DNA of 64,000 nucleotides from Candidatus Wolfebacteria bacterium (GCA_024654025.1 JANLIR010000002.1:101639-165638), one strand, 5' to 3'. Positions 51,300 through 60,874 are shown, counted from the first letter of the stretch. Notes: generated by a model from the sequence alone, not told the origin. Numbers and translations are program-made.

Positions 51300-52510
51300 T
51301 ACTTGCGTGAACGTTTTCTTGATTGATAGCTGGAGGGGCATATTATTCCCGGAATCAGCGGGGAGTGGTAGGGAACGCGGGGGCCGGAACGAACCAGGAT
51401 GCCCCAGGTGTAATAGGGGGCAGCCGGTATAGACCAGGAGCACCACTTTTCAACAGGGCAGTGGCTACACGGGTCCTTATAGCCGGCGGACCACAGGGCG
51501 TGGTTCTGGCGCAGGTCTTCCGCCTCGGTGAAGCGCATAGCCTCTTTTGCTTTACGGAAGGGGCGCATATGGGAAACAGTCTTTGGTTTGGCTTCTTCGC
51601 TGACGGGCACCAGTGAGCTTTCCGGTTTCTGGGCGAAGGTGATGTTCTGAAATTGCTCCGCGCAAAGATCTCGTGAAAGTAGCCATAGAGCCGGGTTGAT
51701 TACTAAGTGGCTCATACCGTGCTTCAGGAGAAAATTCTGTGACCATTTGGCGATGGTGTCCATAAATTTCTCGCTTACCCGCATGGTCATTTTTCCTTTG
51801 AGGACCGGGCTGTGCAGGCCTTCCCTGGGCTCGAATGGTTTAGCGAAACCAATAAGCTGAAGGATTTCGGTTTCCCAGAGGACCCTCATTGCGTGAAAGT
51901 CCACAGGGATGGGGCCGGGGAAAATCGGGATGAAGTTTTTTTCCTGCAACCAGATTACCAACAAGGAAAAAATCTTGCGCCGCATGCCTTTGAAGCCGGC
52001 CGGGTTGTTATGATAGTCCACCCGGCGGAAGGACTCTTCAAATTCCGTGACGCCCCAGAAGACATTGCGGATGTCGTCGCCCCAATGTTCGTGGAGCGTG
52101 ACCGCGTTGCGGTGCCAGGAGGCGGTGTGTTCTTTGAGCTTGTAGCTTAGAGAGCCAGCGCCGACCTCGCCGGTACCGTTACCGTTGAGGATTTTAGGCG
52201 CGACTGCCATGAATGCGTTCTCTATCTTGCTTGGAGTCCAGTAGTTAGCAACGATTTTCGGGTTGTAGAGCTCGGGCAGATCCTGGTGGAGTTGCCAAAG
52301 GAATTTCATGGTGTCGCCGCTTACAATTCCGCCTCTTTCGAACAGCGATAGGAAGAAGAGCCAGTTCGCGTACTCGCGCTTGCCTACCTCAGGGACGAAT
52401 CTGTCCTGAGGCAGGATGAAGTCAGAGTAAATTCCCGTCCTTTCCTTGTACGGTTTTTCGAGCGCTTTAAATACCGCGAGCGCTCGCTCTTCGTCAAACT
52501 TGAGCTTCAT
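51299..52510 (-). CDS. Hypothetical protein of the higher-GC island (403 aa) with C-terminal Cys-x2-Cys-x5-Cys cluster
   Basis: Perfect SD aaggagg 8 nt before the ATG; GC ~52%; DPCSHCPVEKWCSW; no family recognised. Confidence 0.4.
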   Translation of the reverse strand: MKLKFDEERALAVFKALEKPYKERTGIYSDFILPQDRFVPEVGKREYANWLFFLSLFERGGIVSGDTMKFLWQLHQDLPELYNPKIVANYWTPSKIENAFMAVAPKILNGNGTGEVGAGSLSYKLKEHTASWHRNAVTLHEHWGDDIRNVFWGVTEFEESFRRVDYHNNPAGFKGMRRKIFSLLVIWLQEKNFIPIFPGPIPVDFHAMRVLWETEILQLIGFAKPFEPREGLHSPVLKGKMTMRVSEKFMDTIAKWSQNFLLKHGMSHLVINPALWLLSRDLCAEQFQNITFAQKPESSLVPVSEEAKPKTVSHMRPFRKAKEAMRFTEAEDLRQNHALWSAGYKDPCSHCPVEKWCSWSIPAAPYYTWGILVRSGPRVPYHSPLIPGIICPSSYQSRKRSRK

Positions 52511-52644
52511 CGCGGTACTCCTCCTTATGAAAGTATAAAAGAATATGAAGTTTTGTTATTTTCTGCTTAGTTTTAGCACGGAAAACAAGATGAAGTCAAT
52601 TATTCTAACTTTTAACTCCTCTTTCTGTTATAATTTTCTATTAT

Positions 52645-53199
52645 ATGACCGAATATTTTACCGAAGCCTTGGTGTTGGCGAAAAAAGAAAACGGAGAAGC
52701 TGACGCGACAGTGCATCTTTATTCTGAAAAACTGGGTAGAGTTATTGCTAAAGCTAAGGGATTAAAAAGAATCAAATCAAAATTAAGCGCGTATTTGGAG
52801 CCGCTTAATTTTATAAATATCCGCTTGGTTGGAAATGGGCGCATGCAAGTGGTGGACGCTTTGCCTTCAGAAAGAAATAATTTTCAAGAAATTAAAATTT
52901 CAGCCGAAAAACTGGCGAAGTTTTTAACTATCACAAACTTTATTAACGAAACGGTTTTTGAATTTCAGCCAGACCAGCAGCTTTGGCATACGATTGTATA
53001 TATTTTCAAAAACAACCTTGGATTAGAAGACGCGTATAAAATAATTTTGCGCGACTTAGGGTTTGACCCTCAGTTCGCAGTTTGCGAAATCTGCCAAAAA
53101 GAAAATCCGGAATTTTTTAATAAAGAAAACCAAACCTTTTTGTGCAAAGCGCATTCTTCAAAAGAAGGCAAAAAAGAGCTAATATTAATAAAAGTATGA
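52645..53199 (+). CDS. recO: DNA repair protein RecO (short form)
   Basis: N-terminal OB-fold pattern EALVL...GEADATVHLYSEKLGRVIAKAKG; C-terminal Cys motif CEICQK...FLCKAH. Confidence 0.6.
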   Translation: MTEYFTEALVLAKKENGEADATVHLYSEKLGRVIAKAKGLKRIKSKLSAYLEPLNFINIRLVGNGRMQVVDALPSERNNFQEIKISAEKLAKFLTITNFINETVFEFQPDQQLWHTIVYIFKNNLGLEDAYKIILRDLGFDPQFAVCEICQKENPEFFNKENQTFLCKAHSSKEGKKELILIKV

Positions 53200-55085
53200 G
53201 CCTAGAAGATCTCGAAAAAAATTTATACGGCCTCGGAAGAAAAAAAGAAAGCAAAAAAGAATCGGAAAAAGAAACTCCAAAAATTCCCGCGCAAAAAGAA
53301 AGTCAAGAAGAAGAAAAAAGTTCAGCGCCGGAAGAAAATCAATCAACCCTGAAATGGAGCGGAGTTTCCGATAAAATAAACCAAATGACAAGCTCTCCAA
53401 TTTTTTTAAAAGTCAGCCAGTTTTCAAAAGTTATTTTTTGGCTGGTTGTTGCCGCGCTTATTATTGCCGGGTCATTCGCCGGCTATTATTTATCGCAGTA
53501 TTTAAAAACTAAAGATTTTGTTTTTGAAGCCAACGCGCCTAGTAAGGTTTTGGCCGGCCAGCCGTTTGAAATAAAAATAAACATAGAAAACAAATCGAAA
53601 AACACCATGCGGGATTCGCTTGTCGATATTCAAATTCCCGAAGGAGTTGTCGGACTGGGAAAATACAGCGACAGGCAGGTTATCGAAGAAAACATAGGAA
53701 CTTTGGAAAGCGGCGATTCTTATCAAAAATCTTTTTCGCTGGCGATTTTAGACACAAACGATCCGGCAAAGAAAATAGATGTTTATTTTTCGTATTTGCC
53801 CCCGAATTTAAATACCAAGTTTGAAAAAAAACAAACCATTGAAATTTTTGCAGACCAGCCGGCAGTAGGACTTAATTTGAGCGCTCCGCAAAAAGTTTTT
53901 TCCGGCGAACAATTTGAAATAACCGCAAGCTACAAAAATCTTTCCGATCATAACTTTTCAAAAGTACGTTTGGAAATGGCTTATCCGGCCGCGTTTAAAT
54001 TCAAAGAATCGTCGCCGGCCCCCACAAGCAGTAACAATATCTGGATAACTTCAATGCCCGGCGGAATAGAAAATAATGTTTCCATAAAAGGAAGCATCGT
54101 CGGCCCGGACAGTATATTTTTTGATGTGAAGGCTAAAATTTTTATCGAATTAGAAGGCAAAGAATACCCGCTTGGTGAAAAAACCGCCAATCTTGGCATT
54201 GCTTCCTCGCCCCTTTCTTTAAGCATTATCCCCAACAATGATCCTAATTTTGTGGCTTTTCCGGGAGACACGATAAATTACAGCGTCAGTTATGGCAATA
54301 ACACCGAAGATAATTTACAGGACGCGGTTATTAAAGTAAAAGTTTCCGGAGTGATGTTTGATTTAGCGAGTTATCGAGGCAATGGTTTTTTTGATTCAAA
54401 CAGCAATACGGTTATTTGGAACGCTTCGCAGGAACCGGGGCTTAAAAATCTTTCCCAAGGCGCTAAAGGGACAGTTTCCTTTTCCTTTAAAACAAAAACA
54501 ATTTATCCGATAAAAAAATTGTCTGACAAAAATTTTTCTTTAAAAGCCGAAGGAGAAATTTCCTCGCCTACCGTTCCTTATTATATTTCCAGCGACAAAA
54601 CAGTAGGCGTCAACAGCGCTGAAACAAAAATCGGAGGCAGAACCGAAATAAGCGCTTATGCCGGGTACAATAAAAAAGGCCCTTATCCGCCCCAAGTTAA
54701 TAAACCCACCCGATATCTTGTCCATTGGATTATAAAAAACTATGTAACCGATAAAAAAGACGTGAAAATTAAGGCGGTTTTGCAGTCCGGCGCTTCGTGG
54801 ACTGGAACAGTTACCGCTAACATTGACACTGACGGACTCCCTACCTATAATGAACGAACTCAAGAAGTTTCCTGGGATATCGCAAGGGTAATTGCCAATA
54901 AAGGCGTAATAGGAAAGCCAATAGAAACAACGTTTGAAATTGAAATAGCGCCCAGTATTTCGCAAGCCAACGCGCTTTTGCCGCTTTTGTCGGCTGTTCA
55001 GCTCACGGCAAGCGACGAGTTTACTGGTCTTCCGGTGAACACAGGAGCGGATCCCCTTCAAACCGTTGATATTGTAAGACAATAA
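53196..55085 (+). CDS. Large secreted/surface protein with repeated beta-rich (DUF11-like) modules
   Basis: TM anchor after a Lys/Glu-rich N-terminus; repetitive Ig-like segments; start overlaps the recO stop (ATGA). Confidence 0.45.
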   Translation: MSLEDLEKNLYGLGRKKESKKESEKETPKIPAQKESQEEEKSSAPEENQSTLKWSGVSDKINQMTSSPIFLKVSQFSKVIFWLVVAALIIAGSFAGYYLSQYLKTKDFVFEANAPSKVLAGQPFEIKINIENKSKNTMRDSLVDIQIPEGVVGLGKYSDRQVIEENIGTLESGDSYQKSFSLAILDTNDPAKKIDVYFSYLPPNLNTKFEKKQTIEIFADQPAVGLNLSAPQKVFSGEQFEITASYKNLSDHNFSKVRLEMAYPAAFKFKESSPAPTSSNNIWITSMPGGIENNVSIKGSIVGPDSIFFDVKAKIFIELEGKEYPLGEKTANLGIASSPLSLSIIPNNDPNFVAFPGDTINYSVSYGNNTEDNLQDAVIKVKVSGVMFDLASYRGNGFFDSNSNTVIWNASQEPGLKNLSQGAKGTVSFSFKTKTIYPIKKLSDKNFSLKAEGEISSPTVPYYISSDKTVGVNSAETKIGGRTEISAYAGYNKKGPYPPQVNKPTRYLVHWIIKNYVTDKKDVKIKAVLQSGASWTGTVTANIDTDGLPTYNERTQEVSWDIARVIANKGVIGKPIETTFEIEIAPSISQANALLPLLSAVQLTASDEFTGLPVNTGADPLQTVDIVRQ

Positions 55086-56428
55086 TGAATACCGAACTAA
55101 CAATGGATAAATTGGTTTCCCTCTGCAAAAGAAGGGGTATTATTTTCCCCGGATCGGAAATTTACGGAGGTCTAGCCGGCACTTGGGATTATGGCCCGGT
55201 CGGTGTGGAAATGAAAAATAATATTAAAGCCGCTTGGTGGAAAATGTTCGTCCACGATAGAAGCGATATGCATGGCATCGACAGCGCGATTTTGATGAAT
55301 TCTAAGGTTTGGGAAGCGTCCGGCCATGTCAGCGGATTTACCGACCCGATGGTTGATTGCAAAAACTGCAAAAACCGTTTTCGGGCCGACCATTTGGACG
55401 AAGGAAAATACGGTGAAGTGAAAATCATTGACGGCAAAAAATCCTGCCCGGTTTGCGGCTCGACTGAACTGACCGAGCCCCGTCTTTTTAATATGATGTT
55501 TCGCACTTATATCGGTCCGGTTCAAGACACAGAGAGCTTGGTTTATCTTCGGCCTGAAAACGCTCAAGGGATGTTTGTTGATTTTAAAAATGTTTTGGAC
55601 ACTATGCACCCGAAACTTCCTTTCGGCATCGCCCAGATAGGCCGGGTTTTTAGAAACGAAGTTACCCCAGGTGATTTTGTTTTCAGAGTCCGCGAGTTTG
55701 ATTTAATGGAATTTGAATATTTCATCGATCCGAAAAACTGGGAAGAATTATTTGAAATGTGGATGAAAGAAATTTATAAATGGCTCGCTTTTTTGGGTTT
55801 GGATAAAGAAAAAATTTACAACCACGAAATTCCTGACGGCGAACGCGCCCATTATTCCAAAAGAACCATTGATATTGAATATCAGTTTCCGTTTGGAATG
55901 AAAGAATTGTGCGCTATTGCTTATCGTACCGACTACGATCTCAAATGCCATATTGAAAAAAGCGGTAAAGACCTGACTTATTTTGACGAGAAAGCCAGTG
56001 AGCGGCTTGTTCCCCATGTTTTAGAGCCGACTTTTGGTTTAGACCGAGCGCTTTTAGCATCATTAGTTGAATCGTATAAAGAAGAACAGTTAGAAAACGG
56101 CGAAACCCGAATTGTTTTGAAGCTTCCGCCGAAAATTTCCGCTTACAAAACCGCGGTATTTCCGTTGGTTTCAAACAAAGAAGATATTGTAAATAAAGCC
56201 ACTGAAGTTTATAAAATGTTAAAACCGCACTTCAATACTATTTTTGACGACAATGGTAATATAGGGAAAAGATATAGAAGACAAGACGAAATAGGAACTC
56301 CGTTTTGTATAACTATCGATTATGACACCTTAGAAAAAGGAGACGTGACTGTGCGCGACCGAGATACAATGAAGCAAGAGAGAATAAAAATAGAAGAACT
56401 TGCGGATTATATAAAAACGAAAATTTAA
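55085..56428 (+). CDS. glyQS: Glycine--tRNA ligase (alpha2 homodimeric type)
   Basis: N-terminus GSEIYGGLAGTWDYGPVG; class II motifs; C-terminal anticodon-binding domain. Confidence 0.85.
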   Translation: MNTELTMDKLVSLCKRRGIIFPGSEIYGGLAGTWDYGPVGVEMKNNIKAAWWKMFVHDRSDMHGIDSAILMNSKVWEASGHVSGFTDPMVDCKNCKNRFRADHLDEGKYGEVKIIDGKKSCPVCGSTELTEPRLFNMMFRTYIGPVQDTESLVYLRPENAQGMFVDFKNVLDTMHPKLPFGIAQIGRVFRNEVTPGDFVFRVREFDLMEFEYFIDPKNWEELFEMWMKEIYKWLAFLGLDKEKIYNHEIPDGERAHYSKRTIDIEYQFPFGMKELCAIAYRTDYDLKCHIEKSGKDLTYFDEKASERLVPHVLEPTFGLDRALLASLVESYKEEQLENGETRIVLKLPPKISAYKTAVFPLVSNKEDIVNKATEVYKMLKPHFNTIFDDNGNIGKRYRRQDEIGTPFCITIDYDTLEKGDVTVRDRDTMKQERIKIEELADYIKTKI

Positions 56429-56433
56429 TACTT

Positions 56434-56859
56434 ATGTCCCCTTTGGCCCAAAATATCTTCAGGGCTTACGATATCAGAGGTAAATACCCTTCCGAGGTTA
56501 ATTCAAAAACTTTTTTTGAAATTGGTATTGCGCTCGGGAAATTCTTTAACTTAAAGACTAAAAAACTTAAAAACTTAAAAACTATTATAATCGGCCGGGA
56601 CGTGCGTTTAACCTCCCTGCAACTTAAAAAATCATTTGTTGAAGGGTTGAAAAAAGGCAGTAAAGAAGAATTAAATATTGTAGATATCGGACTCTCCACT
56701 ACGCCGATGCTTAATTTTTGCGTCAATAAATTTAAAGCTTTAGGAGGGGCAATAATCACAGCCTCTCACGATCCCAAAGAATATAACGGGCTTAAAGTTC
56801 TTGGCCCTAACGCGACTATTTTAAGCGGGAAAGATGTTTTGAAAATAATAAAGAAGTAA
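56434..56859 (+). CDS. Truncated phosphohexomutase (GlmM/PMM family, domain I only; 141 aa instead of ~450)
   Basis: IFRAYDIRG and active-site loop TASHDP (canonical TASHNP), then stop; the next gene starts 3 nt later. Confidence 0.5.
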   Translation: MSPLAQNIFRAYDIRGKYPSEVNSKTFFEIGIALGKFFNLKTKKLKNLKTIIIGRDVRLTSLQLKKSFVEGLKKGSKEELNIVDIGLSTTPMLNFCVNKFKALGGAIITASHDPKEYNGLKVLGPNATILSGKDVLKIIKK

Positions 56860-56861
56860 TT

Positions 56862-57527
56862 ATGGATTTTTTTAAAGAAGCTGAACAAAATTTTAAATCT
56901 TTCGTGGAAAACGATCGTCTTTCCCACTCTTATATTTTTTTCGGAGAAAGCCAAAAAGAAATTTTTGATTTTGCCAAAAGGTTGGCGAATTTTTTGGAAA
57001 TCGGAAAATTTAAAGATTCAAAAAAACTGTTACAGGATTTGTCCGTTATTGGGCCTAATGAAAAGGGCAATATCGGCATAGATGAAATCCGCGATCTGCA
57101 AAAATTCCTTTATACCCGGCCTGCCGTTGCCAAAAGAAAAACTGCGATTATAGACGGCTTCGAGAATTTAACCGACTACGCCCAAAGCGCGATATTAAAA
57201 ATCGTTGAAGAACCTCCTAAACAATCGCTGATAATTTTAATAGGGCAAAGTCCGGAAAATCTTTTGCCGACAGTTTCTTCCCGCTTTCAAAAAATCTTTT
57301 TCCCGTCAAACGGATTTAAAGCAGAGAAAAAAAAGAAAGCATCAGATAACGACGATCAAATAGAAAAACTAAACGATTTAATCGGAAAACTAAGCAAAGA
57401 TGTTAAAAAAAATCACCTTGTTTTAAAAGAAGCCCTTAACTGCCTTTCTTTAATGAAGCGTTTTAATTTAAACAAAAAACTCCAAATAAGGGTGGTTGAC
57501 GGATATTTAAAAGGAAAAGACAAATGA
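56862..57527 (+). CDS. holB: DNA polymerase III delta' subunit (short)
   Basis: SHSYIFFGESQ degenerate P-loop and ILKIVEEPP...LPTVSSRFQKIFF clamp-loader motifs. Confidence 0.6.
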   Translation: MDFFKEAEQNFKSFVENDRLSHSYIFFGESQKEIFDFAKRLANFLEIGKFKDSKKLLQDLSVIGPNEKGNIGIDEIRDLQKFLYTRPAVAKRKTAIIDGFENLTDYAQSAILKIVEEPPKQSLIILIGQSPENLLPTVSSRFQKIFFPSNGFKAEKKKKASDNDDQIEKLNDLIGKLSKDVKKNHLVLKEALNCLSLMKRFNLNKKLQIRVVDGYLKGKDK

Positions 57528-57545
57528 TTTCTTTGTAATTTTTTT

Positions 57546-58124
57546 GTGGTAAAATTTACACAAATAGATAATATGGACAATATATTAAAAAAATTGGAAA
57601 TAGGCGTAAAAGAATCCGTTGATCATTTTAAATCACAGCTCTCTACTATCCGCGGAAACAGACCTTCGCCGAAATTGGTCGAAGATATTACGATTGAATA
57701 TTACGGCCAGAAATTAACCGTTAAACAAGTCGGCGCCATTAGCGTTGCCCCGCCCAGGGAAATTCAAATATCAATTTGGGACAAAAACGCGGTTAATATA
57801 GTTGCCAAAGCCATTGAATCGTCTAATTTAAACGTTTCCAGCTCGGTTGATGGAAATGTTATCCACATAAACTTGCCTCCCTTATCGCAAGAGCGCCGCG
57901 AAGAGCTTGTTAAAATCGTTAAAAAAGAAAGCGAATTAGCGCGTATCGGAATAAGAAGCCACAGAGACGAAGCCATAAAAGAAAGCAAAAATGAATTTGA
58001 GGCGGGTAAAATCACTGAAGACGACAAATTCAAATCAAAAGACAAAATTCAGGAAATAACTGACCGCGTTAACGAAGAAATCGAAAAGATCCTGGAGCAG
58101 AAAATCCGCGAAATTGAGGAATAG
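57546..58124 (+). CDS. frr: Ribosome recycling factor
   Basis: ...RGNRPSPKLVEDI...LPPLSQERREELVK; possible true start at Met10 (57573). Confidence 0.85.
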   Translation: MVKFTQIDNMDNILKKLEIGVKESVDHFKSQLSTIRGNRPSPKLVEDITIEYYGQKLTVKQVGAISVAPPREIQISIWDKNAVNIVAKAIESSNLNVSSSVDGNVIHINLPPLSQERREELVKIVKKESELARIGIRSHRDEAIKESKNEFEAGKITEDDKFKSKDKIQEITDRVNEEIEKILEQKIREIEE

Positions 58125-58157
58125 TCGCTAACTCCTAAATTCTAACTACTAACTATT

Positions 58158-59192
58158 ATGTTAATCGGTATTATTGTTGTCATAATTTTTATCTCTGTTT
58201 TTATCATAGTCCATGAATTGGGGCATTTTTTGACCGCAAAAAAATTCGGGCTTTGGGTCCAGGAATTCGGATTTGGCTTGCCGCCTAAAATTTGGGGAAA
58301 GAAAAAAGGAGAAACCGTTTATAGCATCAACGCGCTTCCCTTCGGCGGGTTTGTGAAAATTTACGGCGAAGACCAGGAAGATAAAGATGAAATTCTTTCA
58401 AAAGAAAATAAATCGAGGAACTTTTCATTTTTGCCGATTTGGAAAAGAATCGTTATTATCGCCGCCGGCGTGGTGATGAATTTTATTCTCGGCTGGATTC
58501 TTATTTCAATTGTTTTTTCAATAGGCATTCCGCAAGCGGTTTTTATTACCGATGTTAAAGCGAACAGCCCGGCTGCTGAAAGCGGTATTTTATCCAATGA
58601 CAAATTAATTGATTTTAAAACAACCAAAGATTTTATAAGTTTTATAGACCAGCACCGCGGTCAAAAAGTGAATTTAAAAATAGAACGCTCAGGTAAGGAA
58701 ATTGAAATTTCCGCGATGCCCAGAAAAAATCCGCCCGTAGGAGAGGGTGCCTTGGGAGTTGCGTTAATAGACGCGGGCCAGCCAAAAATGAATGTGTTTA
58801 AGGCTGTTTGGGAGGGTTTAAAAAGCGCGTTTGAAATATTTTCAATGATTTACGTGGCGATATTTAATCTTGTTAAGGCGGTGTTTTTGGGCCAAGGCAG
58901 TTTGGCCGGCTTGACCGGTCCGGTCGGGATTGTAAAAATTACCGGCGAGGTCAGTAAGTTAGGGATAATTTATTTATTCCAACTTCTGGCTTTAATATCT
59001 TTAAATTTGGCGGCAATAAATATATTTCCTTTTCCGGCTTTGGACGGCGGAAGAATTTTATTTTTGTTAATTGAAAAAATAAAGGGCTCTCCTTTACCTC
59101 GAAAATTCGAACGTTACGCCAACGCTGTTGGCTTGGCGCTGCTCCTCGTTTTAATGCTTGTAATAACCATTAAAGACATCGCGAGGTTTTAA
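58158..59192 (+). CDS. rseP: RIP site-2 zinc metalloprotease RseP (with PDZ domain)
   Basis: HELGHFLTA HExxH; 4 TM; PDZ; LDGG motif. Confidence 0.8.
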   Translation: MLIGIIVVIIFISVFIIVHELGHFLTAKKFGLWVQEFGFGLPPKIWGKKKGETVYSINALPFGGFVKIYGEDQEDKDEILSKENKSRNFSFLPIWKRIVIIAAGVVMNFILGWILISIVFSIGIPQAVFITDVKANSPAAESGILSNDKLIDFKTTKDFISFIDQHRGQKVNLKIERSGKEIEISAMPRKNPPVGEGALGVALIDAGQPKMNVFKAVWEGLKSAFEIFSMIYVAIFNLVKAVFLGQGSLAGLTGPVGIVKITGEVSKLGIIYLFQLLALISLNLAAINIFPFPALDGGRILFLLIEKIKGSPLPRKFERYANAVGLALLLVLMLVITIKDIARF

Positions 59193-59225
59193 AATAGTAG
59201 TCAGGAGTTAGTAGCGAGGAGTTTA

Positions 59226-59516
59226 TTATACTACGTTGAATTTAATACTGTTGGATTTTTCAAGTATCTCCACGGTAGCCTTTACCGAGGGATTATGTGT
59301 GTGCATTAATTTAAATCGTCCATCATAACGTTGGATTAGTGGCGTTAGAAACTCATCCCCCCAAGAAGGAGAGAAAGTAATTACCCCGTCAAAATCAGCT
59401 ATTATTTCCTCCTGCTCGGGGATATCTTTTAAAGATGATTGAAAGGCGGCAAAAGCTTCTCTCCCTGCTTGTCTAGAAATTAGAGCTGTTCCAAATTTTT
59501 TAAGTTCGATATTCAT
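59226..59516 (-). CDS. STAS-like (DUF4325-type) small protein
   Basis: Weak similarity to STAS/DUF4325 pattern (IADFDGVITFSPSWGDEFL); 96 aa. Confidence 0.35.
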   Translation of the reverse strand: MNIELKKFGTALISRQAGREAFAAFQSSLKDIPEQEEIIADFDGVITFSPSWGDEFLTPLIQRYDGRFKLMHTHNPSVKATVEILEKSNSIKFNVV

Positions 59517-59595
59517 ATGTTTATTATTTATAATTATAAGTTTAAAATTTTATTAATGCTATGCAACCTCCCCCAAAAATCGGGGAAGTATCATC

Positions 59596-59672
59596 TGGTG
59601 CGCTCGACAGGATTTGAACCTGTAATCTCCGGCTTCGGAGGCCGACGTTCTATCCAGTTGAACTACGAGCGC
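59596..59672 (-). tRNA. tRNA-Arg (anticodon CCG) with encoded CCA
   Basis: Reverse complement folds as acceptor gcgctcg/cgagcgc, D gttc/gaac, anticodon stem tcggc/gccgg with loop ctCCGaa, T arm acagg-ttcaaat-cctgt, then A-CCA. Confidence 0.8.
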
Positions 59673-59714
59673 AGTTTTTCTAGTGGCCATGCCCTATTGG
59701 CTAGTGTGGTTAAT

Positions 59715-60848
59715 TTACGCCAACGCGTAAATAATCTCATAAACAATTCCCGCGGTAAAGACGGTTAAAAGAAAATAAATAACCGTGTCAGGAATTTTGG
59801 AGACAATTTGATTCGGTGAACTATTCGCCGAAGCCTTTTTCCATACAAGAATTGTCATTATCCCCCACAAACTGAATAAAATTCCGCCGACAACGCCGAT
59901 TGAAGCGAGAAAATTTTGAAATCCCAGAAAATAAAGCGCGGGCGGAAGAAAAACCACAAAACTTTTAGAAAGCCATTTCGGCAGCCTCCATTCGTAGTGC
60001 ATTGTTTTTTCTACGTCAAAAGCCACTGACATATAAGAATCCAAAAGCGAAACAACTCCGAAAATTCCGAGGAAAAATAAAATTGCCGGAGAAATATTTC
60101 CGATAAGTCCCGAAACCGCGTCTTCGGAAACTGTTCCCGAAAGCCGGCTAATCCCTAAAATAAACAAAAGATAAGCGATAATAACAACCAGCGTAGATAC
60201 TAAAAGCACGCGTTTAATTTTATTAAAAGGCAATTTTTTTTCCCGAAAATAAACCAGAAGCGCGGGAATCGCCCCAAGGCCCAATAAAGAAAATAAAGTC
60301 GGGCTGAAGGGCAGAGCCAAATCGTTTAAAGCTATAGAAGGCGAATTTACTGCCGGCAGTCCGTAAAAATATCCGGCTAAAAACACCGCGAAAATAACCG
60401 CGAGTGTCAGCGAGGTTGTCAGTATTTCGAAAAACGCCGCCTTTTCTATTTTTAAAAAAATAGTCAGCGATCCCAAAAGCCAAAAAATTAAAAATTTGTA
60501 ATATAGCGGAAACTGCGGGCTGATTAAATTAAAAAAACTTATCGAAAGGATTAAATAAACCGTCAGCGTTAAAAAGTTTGCCAGAAATACTATTATTCCA
60601 GCCAGCTGTCCGGATTTTTCTCCCAAATAAATTTTGGCGTATCCCGGAAAACGGTGGTGTGTTTCGCTGGTTCTTACAATAATGTCAGCGTACATTAAAT
60701 GGATTAAAAAAGTGCAAACTCCTAAAACCGAAAGATAAATAATTCCGGCTAAAAATCCGGATTTTAAAAAAACATATGGCAGAGAAAATATTCCTGCCCC
60801 GACAATTGACCCGACCAGGAGTCCGGTGGACAACAAAAAGGACCTCAT
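59715..60848 (-). CDS. Amino-acid permease-like polytopic membrane transporter
   Basis: ~11 TM helices; N-terminus GSIVGAGIFSLPYVF typical of amino-acid/aromatic permeases. Confidence 0.55.
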   Translation of the reverse strand: MRSFLLSTGLLVGSIVGAGIFSLPYVFLKSGFLAGIIYLSVLGVCTFLIHLMYADIIVRTSETHHRFPGYAKIYLGEKSGQLAGIIVFLANFLTLTVYLILSISFFNLISPQFPLYYKFLIFWLLGSLTIFLKIEKAAFFEILTTSLTLAVIFAVFLAGYFYGLPAVNSPSIALNDLALPFSPTLFSLLGLGAIPALLVYFREKKLPFNKIKRVLLVSTLVVIIAYLLFILGISRLSGTVSEDAVSGLIGNISPAILFFLGIFGVVSLLDSYMSVAFDVEKTMHYEWRLPKWLSKSFVVFLPPALYFLGFQNFLASIGVVGGILFSLWGIMTILVWKKASANSSPNQIVSKIPDTVIYFLLTVFTAGIVYEIIYALA

Positions 60849-60874
60849 AACTTTAATATTACGAAATTTAAAGA

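Noticed and set aside
50271-52150. Multiple overlapping ORFs on both strands inside the higher-GC island (e.g. 50550-50957-, 50575-51003+, 51323-51616+, 51812-52150+)
   Set aside because: GC-rich DNA suppresses stop codons in all frames. Only the two long minus-strand frames have SD sequences and a terminator.
48616-52640. Intact prophage or integrative element at tRNA-Asp
   Set aside because: No integrase, excisionase, phage structural or replication genes are present. Only att-like fragments and cargo genes remain, so it is reported as a decayed island.
59517-59768. 83-aa plus-strand ORF overlapping tRNA-Arg
   Set aside because: Contains STGFEPVISGFGGRRSIQLNYERS, the antisense translation of the tRNA; not a gene.
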